64,000 nt of DNA. It comes from Eledone cirrhosa (lineage: Eukaryota). The notes beneath the pieces are model-generated. The model was not told the DNA's origin and did no database searches. It saw only the letters and a program-made list of their open reading frames with translations. The stretch lies in assembly GCA_964016885.1 (NCBI GenBank), contig OZ024749.1, positions 10,416,001 to 10,480,000 on the forward strand, read 5' to 3'. The translations under genes and the position numbers were made by a program. Positions 28,201 to 43,200 of this stretch are shown here, one piece after another. Numbering within the stretch: the first letter of the stretch is position 1; every line of letters starts with the position of its first letter.

Positions 28201-31200
28201 CCACTAGGCTACACACCTCCACAGAACACCTTTACCACTAGGCTACACACCTCCACAGAACACCTTTACCACTAGGCCACACACCTCCACAGAACACCTT
28301 TACCACTAGGCCACACACCTCCACAGAACACCTTTACCACTAGGCTACACACCTCCACAGAACACCTTTACCACTAGGCTACACACCTCCACAGAACACC
28401 TTTACCACTAGGCTACACACCTCCACAGAACACCTTTACCACTAGGCTACACACCTCCACAGAACACCTTTACCACTAGGCTACACACCTCCACAGAACA
28501 CCTTTACCACTAGGCTACACACCTCCACAGAACACCTTTACCACTAGGCTAGGCACCTCCACAGAACACCTTTACCACTAGGCTACACACCTCCACAGAA
28601 CACCTTTACCACTAGGCCACACACCTCCACAGAACACCTTTACCACTAGGCCACACACCTCCACAGAACAACTTTACCACTAGGCCACACACCTCCACAG
28701 AACACCTTTACCACTAGGCTACACACCTCCACAGGACACATTTACCACTAGGCTACACACCTCCACAGAACACCTTTACCACTAGGCCACACACCTCCAC
28801 AGAACACCTTTACCACTAGGCCACACACCTCCACAGAACACCTTTACCACTAGGCTACACACCTCCACAGGACACATTTACCACTAGGCTACACACCTCC
28901 ACAGAACACCTTTACCACTAGGCTACACACCTCCACAGAACACCTTTACCACTAGGCCACACACCTCCACAGAACACCTTTACCACTAGGCCACACACCT
29001 CCACAGAACACCTTTACCACTAGGCCACACACCTCCACAGAACACCTTTACCACTAGGCTACGCACCTCCACAGAACACCTTTACCACTAGGCTACACAC
29101 CTCCACAGAACACCTTTACCACTAGGCCACACACCTCCACAGAACACCTTTACCACTAGGCCACACACCTCCACAGAACACCTTTACCACTAGGCTACAC
29201 ACCTCCACAGGACACATTTACCACTAGGCTACACACCTCCACAGAACACCTTTACCACTAGGCCACACACCTCCACAGAACACCTTTACCGCTAGGCCAC
29301 ACACCTCCACAGAACACCTTTACCACTAGGCTACGCACCTCCACAGAACACCTTTACCACTAGGCCACGCACCTCCACAGAACACCTTTACCACTAGGCT
29401 ACACACCTCCACAGAACACCTTTACCACTAGGCTACACACCTCCACAGAACACCTTTACCACTAGGCTACACACCTCCACAGAACACCTTTACCACTAGG
29501 CTACACACCTCCACAGGACACCTTTACCACTAGGCTACGCACCTCCACAGAACACCTTTACCACTAGGCTACACACCTCCACAGAACACCTTTACCACTA
29601 GGCTACGCAGCTCCACAGAACACCTTTACCACTAGGCCACACACCTGCACAGAACACCTTTACCACTAGGCTACGCACCTCCACAGAACACCCTTACCAC
29701 TAGGCTACACACCTCCACAGAACACCTTTACCACTAGGCTACACACTTCCACAGGACACCTTTACCACTAGGCTACGCAGCTCCACAGAACACCTTTACC
29801 ACTAGGCTACACACCTCCACAGAACACCTTTACCACTAGGCCACACACCTCCACAGAACACCTTTACCACTAGGCTACACACCTCCACAGAACACCTTTA
29901 CCACTAGGCCACACACCTCCACAGAACACCTTTACCACTAGGCTACACACCTCCACAGAACACCTTTACCACTAGGCTACACACCTCCACAGAACACCCT
30001 TACCACTAGGCTACACACTTCCACAGAACACCTTTACCACTAGGCTACACACCTCCACAGAACACCTTTACCACTAGGCTACGCAGCTCCACAGAACACC
30101 TTTACCACTAGGCCACACACCTCCACAGAACACCTTTACCACTAGGCTACACACCTCCACAGAACACCTTTACCACTAGGCCACACACCTCCACAGAACA
30201 CCTTTACCACTAGGCTACGCACCTCCACAGAACACCTTTACCACTAGGCCACGCAGCTCCACAGAACGCCTTTACCACTAGGCCACGCACCTCCACAGAA
30301 CACCTTTACCACTAGGCTACACACCTCCACAGAACACCTTTACCACTAGGCTACACACCTCCACAGAACACCTTTACCACTAGGCTACGCACCTCCACAG
30401 AACACCTTTACCACTAGGCTACGCACCTCCACAGAACACCTTTACCACTAGGCTACACACCTCCACAGAACACCTTTACCACTAGGCTACACACCTCCAC
30501 AGAACACCTTTACCACTAGGCTACACAGCTCCACAGAACACCTTTACCACTAGGCCACGCACCTCCACAGAACACCTTTACCACTCGGCCACACACCTCC
30601 ACAGAACACCTTCACCACTAGGCTACGCAGCTCCACAGAACACCTTTACCACTAGGCCACACACCTCCACAGAACACCTTTACCACTAGGCCACACACCT
30701 CCACAGAACACCTTTACCACTAGGCTACACACCTCCACAGAACACCTTTACCACTAGGCTACGCACCACAAAAAGAGACAGTGATAAGAGAAAAGATTGA
30801 AGTGAATAGAAGTGATTCTTACTTTGAGTGTGAGTATTTTCTGGCCAAGCTTTTGTTAAACATTGAAACACTGTCTGTTGATATTCCAGTTTAATTCCCT
30901 TAGCAACAGAGTTAAGCTCATCTTCATTGGAATCACTTTCTGACTGGAATAAAGAAAACATTGATAAGCTAAGCATGTAATCAATAACTATAGTAATACT
31001 TGTTATTTATTTCTAACATTGGTACATGGCCAGCAATTAGGATGAAGGGGAAAGTCGATTACACCAACCCCAGTACTTAATTGGTACTTTATTTTATCGA
31101 CTCCAGAAAGATGGAAAGCAAAGTTGACTTCAGCAGAATTTGAACTTAGAACGTAAAGAGCCAGAACTAAGTATTTTATCCAATGCTCTACCAATCCATC

Positions 31201-34200
31201 ACCCTTTCCATGGTTTCTAATTTAGGCACAAAGCCAAGAATGTTTGGGGGAGGGAAAGTCGATTACATTGACCCCAGTACTTGACAGGTACTCTGGAAAG
31301 ATGAACGACAAAGTCAACCTCAGCAGGATTTGAACTTAGAATGTAGAATGTCATAACTAAATACTGCAAAGCATTTTGTCAGTTGCTCTACTAAAACTGC
31401 AAATTCACTGCTCAACCATCATAGACTCCACTTTGCACCTAGAAAAAATTCCTTTCCAAAGCACAAGCCTGGGCAAGGTCTTTGTTCATACTCCCCACTC
31501 TCTCCTCTCCACACCACACCACCAATGTTATCTAAGAGAAGGGGAAAGGTTGGTGCAATTTGGCACCAATTACATTGCAACACATACATTATATATGATG
31601 TTACCAAAGGCAAAGGTTGATACAGCTTGGCACCAGTGACATCTCAACATATATATATACTATATACACTATATATACACACCATACATTATATATGATG
31701 TTACCGAAGGGAAAGGCAAAGGTTGATACAGCTTGGCACCAGTGACATCTCAACATATATATATATACACTATATATACACACCATACATTATATATGAT
31801 GTTACCGAAGGGAAAGGAGGCAAAGGTTGACACAGCTTGGCACCAGTGACATCTCAACATATATATATATCATAATCTATAAAGCTCAGTGTGTGGTCAA
31901 GCTCCTTCGTTATAGAAATCTACGATATAGAATTTCTTCAATTGAAATTTACAATTCAGTAAATAGTTTCGATTGCGTCTTGACGCAGATAATTTTTTCA
32001 ATTTCACCCACAATTACGCAAAAAATAGATAAAACTCAATATTTTACGATTTTTCTCTCTCATTTAAACTGCTGAACTCTTTCTACTACCATTCAAAATC
32101 TATACAACTTCATACTTTCTGCTACTTTCTCTTTCCAAGCTTGATGGTGATACTGTCCATTCACACCACTCCCTACTGTCTTAAATTTAGAAAACACATA
32201 TCCTCTATGAGGTTACTAAACCTGCTAGAAACAGCAGCTAACTCTCCCCCATATCACACCACTCCCTACTGTCTTAAATTTAGAAAACACATATCCTCTA
32301 TGAGGTCACTAAACCTGCTAGAAACAACAGCTAACTCTCCCTCATATCACAACCCTCCCTACTGTCTTAAATTTAGAAAACACACAGACAACCATGCAGA
32401 ACAACTCCATCGCAGCTCTGTTGTTCGGCTGGCATCGTCTACGCGTGTGTTGCGCAAGTACTGTGAAACAATAAATTTCAACACTTTTTTGCACAGAGAT
32501 AATATCCATAGGCGAAACTACAATTGTCACTGCTGGCGCAGCTCCTGCTCCCAGGTCTGCAATTCATTCAGCCAGTGCCTGGCAGACAAAAAAGTGCTGC
32601 CATAAAATGGGTGGTGCAACCTAACTTTGGTAACTTAATGACCCAAGCAACGCCGGGCTTTAATGCTAGTACACTATATATACACACCATACATTATATA
32701 TGATGTTACCGAAGGGAAAGGAGGCAAAGGTTGATACAGCTTGGCACCAGTGACATCTCAACATATATATACACTATATATACACACCATACATTATATA
32801 TAATGTTACCGAAGGGAAAGGAGGCAAAGGTTGACACAGCTTGGCACCAGTGACATCTCAACATATATATACACTATATACACTATATATACACACCATA
32901 CATTATATATAATGTTACCGAAGGGAAAGGAGGCAAAGGTTGATACAGCTTGGCACCAGTGACATCGCATCTCTTTTTTCAAGCTGAGTGGTCTGAAACA
33001 ACATGTAATAAAATGTCTTGCTCAAGGACACAATGCAGCACCCAGTCTGAGAAGCACTCACAACCTCATGACTATGAGTCCAACACTCTAACCACTAAGC
33101 CACAAACCATCACTAATCCTCAACAACTACAACAATAATGATGACGATATGAAATAATTAAGATAATTACTGGATCAAGAGAGGGCTGCAACAGTAACCA
33201 GAGCACCTCAAACCTATCCTCTTTGTAGAGTTCTAAGATGGCACCAGCAGCTTGAAGAGCTTTTATTCGGTATTCTTTCTTTTCCTTCTTACATTCTCTC
33301 AAGATAACATCAAAAACCTAAACAAAGAGAAATAATAAAATCAATAGTAAAAAGACATACATAGACTGATATCAACTGTAAACACTGAATATTGCCTAAT
33401 AAAAACTCTGCTTTCAATATATATATGCTTAACCTTTTACCATTTACATTACTCTATATATATATTTGTATTTTTGTGGTAAAGGCTTTATGTCACATAA
33501 TTATCCCACATAATATTGAATCCATGAGATATTGATGTTATTTATTTTGAGAACAATACCTTAACATCACTATGAGTAACCAGTTATGGCTGGTTTGAAC
33601 AGAAAGAGGTGAGAGAATTCTGGCTGGATATGGCCAATTTAAATACGAAAGGGTTAAACACTGTCTTAGTGCCAATTAATTAAACAAGAAACAAGTTAAG
33701 TTCCTAATATATGTAAATGATCATTCCCAGCAAATGTTTCTCACACAAAATTCTATATAAACTCTAGTTTATTTCCCTGCCAGTATGGTTTGTGTGGGTG
33801 TTACTGATGAAAGATTAACATCTTGAAATATCACTATTGTTTACCATTCTCAACCTTACTCACAACTCTGATATATTCATAGAGAAAAATAATTTTTTGG
33901 TTATAAAAAAATATTTTTCTTTGATAGTGATTCCATCCATATGTTTAATGTATATAAACATATAGTATATGTTTATAGTATATAAACATATGGTATATGT
34001 TTATTGTATATAACATATGGTATATGTTTAATGTATATAAACATATGGTATATGTTTATTGTATATAACATATGGTATATGTTTATTGTATATAACATAT
34101 AGTATATGTTTATTGTATATAACATATGGTATATGTTTATTGTATATAACATATAGTATATGTTTATTGTATATAACATATAGTATATGTTTATTGTATA

Positions 34201-37200
34201 TAACATATAGTATATGTTTATTGTATATAACATATGGTATATGTTTATTGTATATAACATATAGTATGTTTAATGTATATAACATATAGTATATGTTTAT
34301 TGTATATAACATATAGTATGTTTAATGTATATAAACATATGGTATATGTTTATTGTATATAACATATGGTATATGTTTATTGTATATAATATATAGTATA
34401 TGTTTATTGTATATAACATATAGTATATGTTTATTGTATATAAACATATGGTATATGTTTATTGTATATAACATATACTATATGTTTATTGTATATAACA
34501 TATAGTGTATGTTTATTGTATATAAACATATAGTATATGTTTATTGTATATAACATATAGTATATGTTTATTGTATATAACATATGGTATATGTTTATTG
34601 TATATAAACATATAGTATATGTTTATTGTATATAATATATAGTATATGTTTATTGTATATAACATATAGTGTATGTTTATTGTATATAAACATATAGTAT
34701 ATGTTTATTGTATATAACATATAGTATATGTTTATTGTATATAACATATAGTGTATGTTTATTGTATATAACATATAGTGTATGTTTATTGTATATAACA
34801 TATAGTATATGTTTATTGTATATAAACATATAGTATATGTTTATTGTATATAACATATAGTATATGTTTATTGTATATAACATATAGTATGTTTATTGTA
34901 TATAAACATATGGTATATGTTTATTGTATATAACATATAGTATATGTTTATTGTATATAACATATAGTATATGTTTATTGTATATAACATATAGTATATG
35001 TTTATTGTATATAACATATAGTATATGTTTATTTTATATAACATATAGTGTATGTTTATTGTATATAACATATAGTATATGTTTATTGTATATAACATAT
35101 AGTGTATGTTTATTGTATATAACATATAGTGTATGTTTATTGTATATAAACATATAGTGTATGTTTATTGTATATAACATATAGTATATGTTTATTGTAT
35201 ATAAACATATAGTATATGTTTATTGTAAATAACATATAGTATATGTTTATTGTATATAACATATAGTATATGTTTATTGTATATAACATATAGTGTATGT
35301 TTATTGTATATAAACATATAGTGTATGTTTATTGTATATAAACATATAGTGTATGTTTATTGTATATAACATATAGTATATGTTTATTGTATATAACATA
35401 TAGTATATGTTTATTGTATATAACATATGGTATATGTTTATTGTATATAACATATAGTATATGTTTATTGTATATAACATATAGTATATGTTTATTGTAT
35501 ATAACATATAGTATATGTTTATTGTATATAACATATAGTATATGTTTATTGTAAATAACATAGTATATGTTTATTGTATATAACATATAGTATATGTTTA
35601 TTGTAAATAACATAGTATATGTTTATTGTATATAACATATAGTATATGTTTATTGTAAATAACATATAGTATATGTTTATTGTATATAACATATAGTATA
35701 TGTTTATTGTATATAACATATAGTGTATGTTTATTGTATATAACATATAGTATATGTTTATTGTATATAACATATAGTATATGTTTATTGTATATAACAT
35801 ATAGTATATGTTTATTGTATATAAACATATAGTATATGTTTATTGTATATAACATATAGTATATGTTTATTGTATATAAACATATGGTATATGTTTATTG
35901 TATATAAACATATGGTATATGTTTATTGTATATAAACATATAGTATATGTTTATTGTATATAAACATATGGTATATGTTTATTGTATATAAACATATGGT
36001 ATATGTTTATTGTATATAAACATATGGTATATGTTTATTGTATATAAACATATGGTATATGTTTATTGTATATAAACATATAGTATATGTTTATTGTATA
36101 TAACATATAGTATATGTTTATTGTATATAACATATAGTATATGTTTATAGTATATAAACATATGGTATATGTTTATTGTATATAAACATATGGTATATGT
36201 TTATTGTATATAAACATATGGTATATGTTTATTGTATATAAACATATGGTATATGTTTATTGTATATAAACATATAGTATATGTTTATTGTATATAACAT
36301 ATAGTATATGTTTATTGTATATAACATATAGTATATGTTTATTGTATATAAACATATGGTATATGTTTATTGTATATAAACATATGGTATATGTTTATTG
36401 TATATAAACATATGGTATATGTTTATTGTATATAAACATATAGAATATGTTTATTGTATATAAACATATAGAATATGTTTATATACAATAAACATATACC
36501 ATCATCATCATCGTTTAACGTCTATCTTCCACACTAGTATGGGTTTAGATAGGAAATACCATATGTTTATATATGTTTTCAAATACATCCCAATTATGCT
36601 TAAAATGTCATATGTATGTATTTGTGTTCGTGTGTGTGTGTGTGTGTTCGTGTGTGTATGGATTTGTGTGTGTGTATGTATTCGTGTGTAAGTATACTTG
36701 TATGTGTAAGTATACTTGTATATGTATGTATACCTGTGTATATATGTATTTGTATGTGTGGATGTATACGAGTGTATTATACGCATGTGTAAGTATACTT
36801 GTATGTGTAAGTATACTTGTATATGTATGTATACCTGTGTATATATGTATTCGTATGTGTGGATGTATATGAGTGTATTAGTTTACCACAAGCACCTTCA
36901 TATCAATGAAGAATTCACTTCGTTTTTTTTTTATAATTTTTCCTTGTTTTTAATAACTCCAAGACAAGAGATCACATTGGGGTCCCCGTGTCAGATATTT
37001 TCTCTATAAAGGGGTCAACAATATTAAGTAGGAGCCATAAAACAAAATCAACTAACCTGGTTGATATCTGGTTGATCGTCAGTAACTTCTGTCCTGTTTT
37101 CTAATAAAGGTCTGCAAGAAATACGACAAGTCAGCACACATTTATAATTAACCCTTTTCATACAAGTCTACCGCCAAAGTGGCTCTGGTTCAATGAAGCA

Positions 37201-40200
37201 AAACCACTTATTTTAAAGGGTCCTTATTTAAATAAAACTTTCCTATGTGATTTTATATACAGATCTTTTAAATTATGTTACAAATGCCATCTTAAAAATG
37301 AAATAATTTTAGTGAAACCTACCAAATTCTTCAATTAATTGAAATACTGCATATTTCATTAGAAATATGGTAACAAAAGGGTTAACCGTTTCTTACTCTA
37401 TTTCATTAGAAATATGGTAACAAAAGGGTTAACCGTTTCTTACTCTATTTCATTAGAAATATGGTAACAAACGAGTTAACCGTTTCTTACTCTATTTCAT
37501 TAGAAATATGGTAACAAAAGGGTTAACTGTTTCTTACTCTATTTCATTAGAAATATGGTAACAAAAGGGTTAACCGTTTCTTACTCTATTTCATTAGAAA
37601 TATGGTAACAAAAGGGTTAACCGTTTCTTACTCTATTTCATTAGAAATATGGTAACAAAAGGGTTAACCGTTTCTTACTCTATTTCATTAGAAATATGGT
37701 AACAAAAGAGTTAACCGTTTCTTACTCTATTTCATTAGAAATATGGTAACAAAAGGGTTAACCGTTTCTTACTCTATTTCATTAGAAATATGGTAACAAA
37801 AGGGTTAACTGTTTCTTACTCTATTTCATTAAAAATATGGTAACAAAAGAGTTAACCGTTTCTTACTCTATTTCATTAGAAATATGGTAACAAAAGGGTT
37901 AACCGTTTCTTACTCTATTTTATTAGAAATATGGTAACAAAAGAGTTAACCGTTTCTTACTCTATTTCATTAGAAATATGGTAACAAAAGAGTTAACCGT
38001 TTCTTACTCTATTTCATTAGAAATATGGTAACAAAAGGGTTAACCATTTGTTACTCTATTTCTAATGAAAGACATTACCTATGATTCTTAAAATAATCTG
38101 GAGGAAAGTGCACAATGCGAAATTGGGTTTCCTCACGTCCTTTCTCAAGTGGTAGTTCCAGCTGTTTAAGTCCAGCTCAACCTCACCTCAGTTTGACATT
38201 GAGCTCGGTGTCAACCAACAGGCAACCGATAAACCACAAGCGTGTGGTTAATGCCAAATTCAGTGAATTTGACATTAATGGGGCTGTCTGTCTCCTCTCT
38301 TCTCTGTCCTCCCTCACTCCATGTAACTCTGATTCTCTTGAGTGACTGAAAGAGAAGCACCCATCGGCACGCCCAGATGATCAGTTACATTGGCCCGAAC
38401 CACCAGAATACTCGAGACCGGTTTACACCAACGATATCATCAGAAAGGCGATCTCATCCTTCCCCGCTGGTCCAAGTGCGGGGATTGATGGCCTTCAACC
38501 TCAACACCTCAAGGATGGTATCTCCTTATCGTCCGGTGACGCCGGACTCGAGCTCTTGGAGAGTCTGACTCAGTTTGTGAATCAGTTCTCTTCAGCGAAC
38601 GTTCTCCCCTCTATCTCCCCAATGTTCTTCAGTGAAAAATTATTCAGTCTCACTAAACCCAACAGAGACCTGTGCCTCATTGCGGTTGGTTGCACTCTTC
38701 ACTGTCTCATTGCAAAGGTGTGTTTGCTATCGGTCTCTGACTCACTGGCGGCGGAATTTTCCCTCATCCAGCTAGGGGTGGGTACCAAGTTGGGATGTGA
38801 GGCTGCTGCCCACGCTACCAGGGCCTTTACCAACTTGCTCCCTTGTCCCCCAAGGTCATCCACAAACTTGACCTCAAGAACGCTTTCAATTCCGCCCGCC
38901 ACAATGTCGTCCTCGGCTCAGTAAGAGAGATGGTCCCACAACTCCACCACTTTGCTTGGCAGGCTTATCGGGGGCCCTCCTACCTCTCTTTTGGTGACCA
39001 AATCATCATCTCTGCTTCAGGAGTCCAACAGCACGACCCACAAGGGAGGTATACAAGGTTCTTAGATCTAAGGTTGCTTAGGGTAGCGAGTTGTGGTGAG
39101 TATGTGTGTGTTTTTGTAGGATGTTAATAATGGTAAGACCGGACCAACACAAAAAACAGTTGCTTCTTCAAGATCCCACATCTCAGAGAGGAAACCACCA
39201 ACGCCATACGCAAAGCCACCAGAAGAAAGGGCCTCAATATCCAACTAGCTCACCTTAGTCAATTGCCCTATCAGCAACACTAATTGTTGCCTACGTAGTA
39301 TACTGGCTAGAATGTAACAAGTGCAATCTATTTTACACAGGCAGCACTATTCGACTGTTACATCTCCGTATTAAAGAGCATGTTAACACCAACTCCTCTT
39401 CCTTCCACAAACACATCATCAAATGTGGAAACCGGGACAACATTACCACCACAATCTTAGCTACTGAACGCAGTATAGGCATGCTGAGAATTAAGGAAGC
39501 CCTCTTAATCAAGCAATTAAAACCTAGGATCAATAATGGAAAGAAGTATACCAGAATGGCTAATTTAAAAGCCTGTATTGCAACATCCCAATGGCCAGTT
39601 TCATTCTTTCTTTCAAATTAAATCTATGTCCTCACTAGGCAAACACACTTAGACTCACACACATTCATATATCGCACACATATTTTTCCTGTTTTATTAT
39701 ATACATATTCGCAAAGCTCTTCTGGGTGGGAAACGACGATGGGCTGGGTGGAGTAGGAATCATGGTAGCAGAAAAGTGGGCAGATAAGATAATAGACGTA
39801 AATAGAGTGAACGACAGAATAATTAAAATACGACTTGTCCTCAATAGAACTACGGTGACAGTAATATCTGCGTACGCACCCCAATCCAGACTGCCCGGCA
39901 CTATAAAAGACAGATTCTATGAGACACTGATGCTCACTACCTCCCAAATATCTGACAGTGACTATATAATTATTGCAGGCGACCTAAATGGTCACGTTGG
40001 GCAACATTGTGACGGCTACGACGAAATCCATGGAGGCTATGGGTTTGGTACTAGAAATGAGGAAGGCTCCAGAATCCTGGAATTCTGTGATGCAAATAAC
40101 CTAACTATCTGTAACACTAACTTCAAAAAACGTGACAATCACCTGATCACCTATAGATCCGGGGAACACACAAGCCAGGTAGATTATATCCTTACCAGAA

Positions 40201-43200
40201 GACGTGACAGAGTGTCTGTTGTAAACACTAAATCCCTCCCCCATGAAGAATGCACCTCCCAACATAGACTGATAATTAGCGACCTCATAGTCAGGACGAG
40301 ACGTACTCGACAGCAGAAGAGGACTATCCTCAGGAGAAAAATATGGAAGCTAAAGGACCCCACAGCCAAAAATAAATTTCAAAACATATTACTTGATGCT
40401 TTCGACAGTAAGGAAGAACATTTAGAGTCGGACAATATAGAGGGACAGTGGGAATTTCTGAAAGCAAACCTGCTGTTGGCCACAGACGAAGTCTGTGGCT
40501 GGAGCAGGCCTGTAGGCAGGAGGAGAGTAACATGGTGGTGGAACAGTAAGGTGGAGGGGTCAATTAAGGCCAAAAAGCAGGCTTGGAAAGTATGGCGGGA
40601 TGGGGGAAGTAGAGTAGACTATCAAGTGGCCAGGAGGGAAGCTAGGAGAGAAGTGTACTTAGCAAGAAGGGAAGCTGAGGAAAGAAAGTTCAAGCATGTC
40701 CTACAACGCGATGACCAAAAACGTGAGGTGTTCAGGATTGCTAGGCAATGCGTCAAGGAAAACCGTGATATTGTCGGGGAGAAGTGTGTACTTAACGATG
40801 ATGGCATACTTGCCATCACCGACACTGATAAGAAGGTAGCTTGGAAGTGTCACTATGAAAGGCTACTAAATGAGGAGAATAAATGGGAGAAAGACAGTCT
40901 CCCCCATGTCGACCCAATAGAGGGACCAGCAGTGTTAGTCGAGGGGAGTATAATAAGTAAGGCAATCAAGGATATGAAGACAGGTAAGGCGGCTGGGCCT
41001 TCGGAAATAGTTGCTGAGATGCTGAAGGCATCTGGCACGGTGGGACACACCATGGTCACCCGCATAGTTAACCAAGTCGTACAGAATGGGGTTGTTCCGA
41101 AGGACTGGCATAGCAGCATCATCGTTAACTGTTATAAGGGTAAAGGAGACGCCCTAGATAGGAGTAACTATAGAGGCATTAAATTAATCGACCAGGTCAT
41201 GAAGGTCACGGAAAAAGTAATAGCGCAACTAATCAGAGAGAGAATTGACCTAGATGAAATGCAGTTCGGGTTTGTGTCAGGCAAAAGTACCACAGACGCT
41301 CTTTTCATAGTACGACAACTACAGGAGAAGTTCCTAGCTAAAGGTAAACCCCTCTACTTAGCTTTTGTCGACTTGGAGAAAGCCTTCGACAGAGTCCCCC
41401 GCTCCATTATCTGGTGGGCTCTTAGAAAACTAGGCGTTGACGAATGGCTTGTGAGGGCTATACAAGCCATGTATAAAGAAACAGTCAGCAAGGTTAGAAT
41501 TAACAACGAATATAGTGAAGAGTTTAGCGTAAAAGTTGGCGTCCATCAGGGCTCTGTTCTCAGCCCCCTACTATTTATTATTGCCCTTCAGGCTATAACA
41601 GAGGAATTCAAGACAGGCTGCCCATGGGAACTCTTATACGCAGACGACCTGACACTCATAGCGGAATCAATGGCCGAGCTAGAGAAGAAATTCCAAACAT
41701 GGAAGCACGGCCTAGAGTCAAAAGGACTTAAAATTAACCTGGCTAAGACCAAAGTTCTAGTTTGTAGGAAAGAAAACAAGGCGGCGGTCCCTTCTGGGAA
41801 ATGGTCGTGCTCGGTGTGTAGGAAAGGCGTAGGTAGAAACTCCATTTTGTGTCCTAAATGCAAAGTATGGGTGCATAAAAGATGTAGTGGGATCACAGGT
41901 AAGCTAACTAAGAACATAGATTTTACATGTGGCCGGTGTTCTGGTGCAATAAGTAGCAGCAAGTGCCCACAAAATACTAGCTCTTTCAATTGCGCAGAGG
42001 GTTCTATAGAAATAGTGGACAGCTTCCGTTACCTGGGCGATAAAATCAGCAGTGGGGGAGGGTGCTCTGAAAGTACTGTAGCTAGAGTCAGAACTGGTTG
42101 GAAAAAGTTCAGAGAGCTTATACCACTATTAGCTGCTAAAGGGTTCTCCCTAAAAATGAAAGGCAGGTTGTACGATGCCTGCATACGAACAGCAATGTTG
42201 CATGGCAGTGAGACCTGGGCATTGTGTGCAGAGGATATACGCAGACTAGAGAGGAACGAAGCTTGCATGCTCCGCTGGATGTGTAACAGTAATATACGTG
42301 AACGGCAAAGCATAAACGGACTAAGGAAAAAATTAGAGATAAGAGGGATCAGATGTTGTTTACTCGAGAGAAGGCTACGTTGGTATGGACACGTGATGCG
42401 CATGAAAGTCGATAGCTGTATAACAAAGTGCAGGGCAATAAAGATAGACGGTAGCCATGGAATAGGCAGACCTAGAAAAACCTGGGACGAGCTGATAAAC
42501 TCCGACCTCACACACTTACACCTCTCCAAGACAATGTCACTGGACCGAGACCTTTGGCGGTACTCAGTAACAGAGAAGACCTGCCTTGCCAGTAGGCATC
42601 TCTAACAAAATACCCCCCCCCCCCCCACCCCATCCACACCACCCCGTTCTATGTAAAGTTATGTTGGTGCCGCGCCATCCGGGCCGAAACAAATGAGATC
42701 GTGTAGGTGTCACGACAAAAAAACACACAGTCCACGCTGTAATGTGGCCGTGTAGGCAACACGGTAAAAACCTCCCAGACCCACACTGTAAATGTGGTTG
42801 GTGTTAGGAAGGGCATCCAACTGTAGAAAACCTGCCAGACAGTCCTATGCGAGCAAGACAATCACTCTTGCCTCAAGTGGGACTACCCCCGTCCAAACCC
42901 ATGCAAGCGTGGAACACGGACGTTAAACGTTGATGATGATGATGATGATGATCTTTCACTACATAAACTTATATTCATGCACACACATATAAACAACCTA
43001 TTAAGTACACACACATGCATATATCATACATCTCACAACATACACGTTCAAAATTTTAACGTCTTTTCATTTCCTTTAACTTAAATCTGATCTCCAAACA
43101 AGCAAGTCTATCTTTAAGTCTCATACAGGGTTACTCCTTTGATAAGGGGTTTTTAAACCTGAAAATATTTGGGATCGTTAAATTTGCTAAGGTAAGATTC

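Noticed and set aside
33973-35855. 9-aa repeat ORFs (MLYTINIYY)
   Set aside because: 27/28-bp minisatellite artefact.
40184-42529. Antisense ORFs overlapping RTE copies (also 6353-7471 and 17943-18938)
   Set aside because: They are shadow frames of the RTE coding strand with no recognisable motifs.
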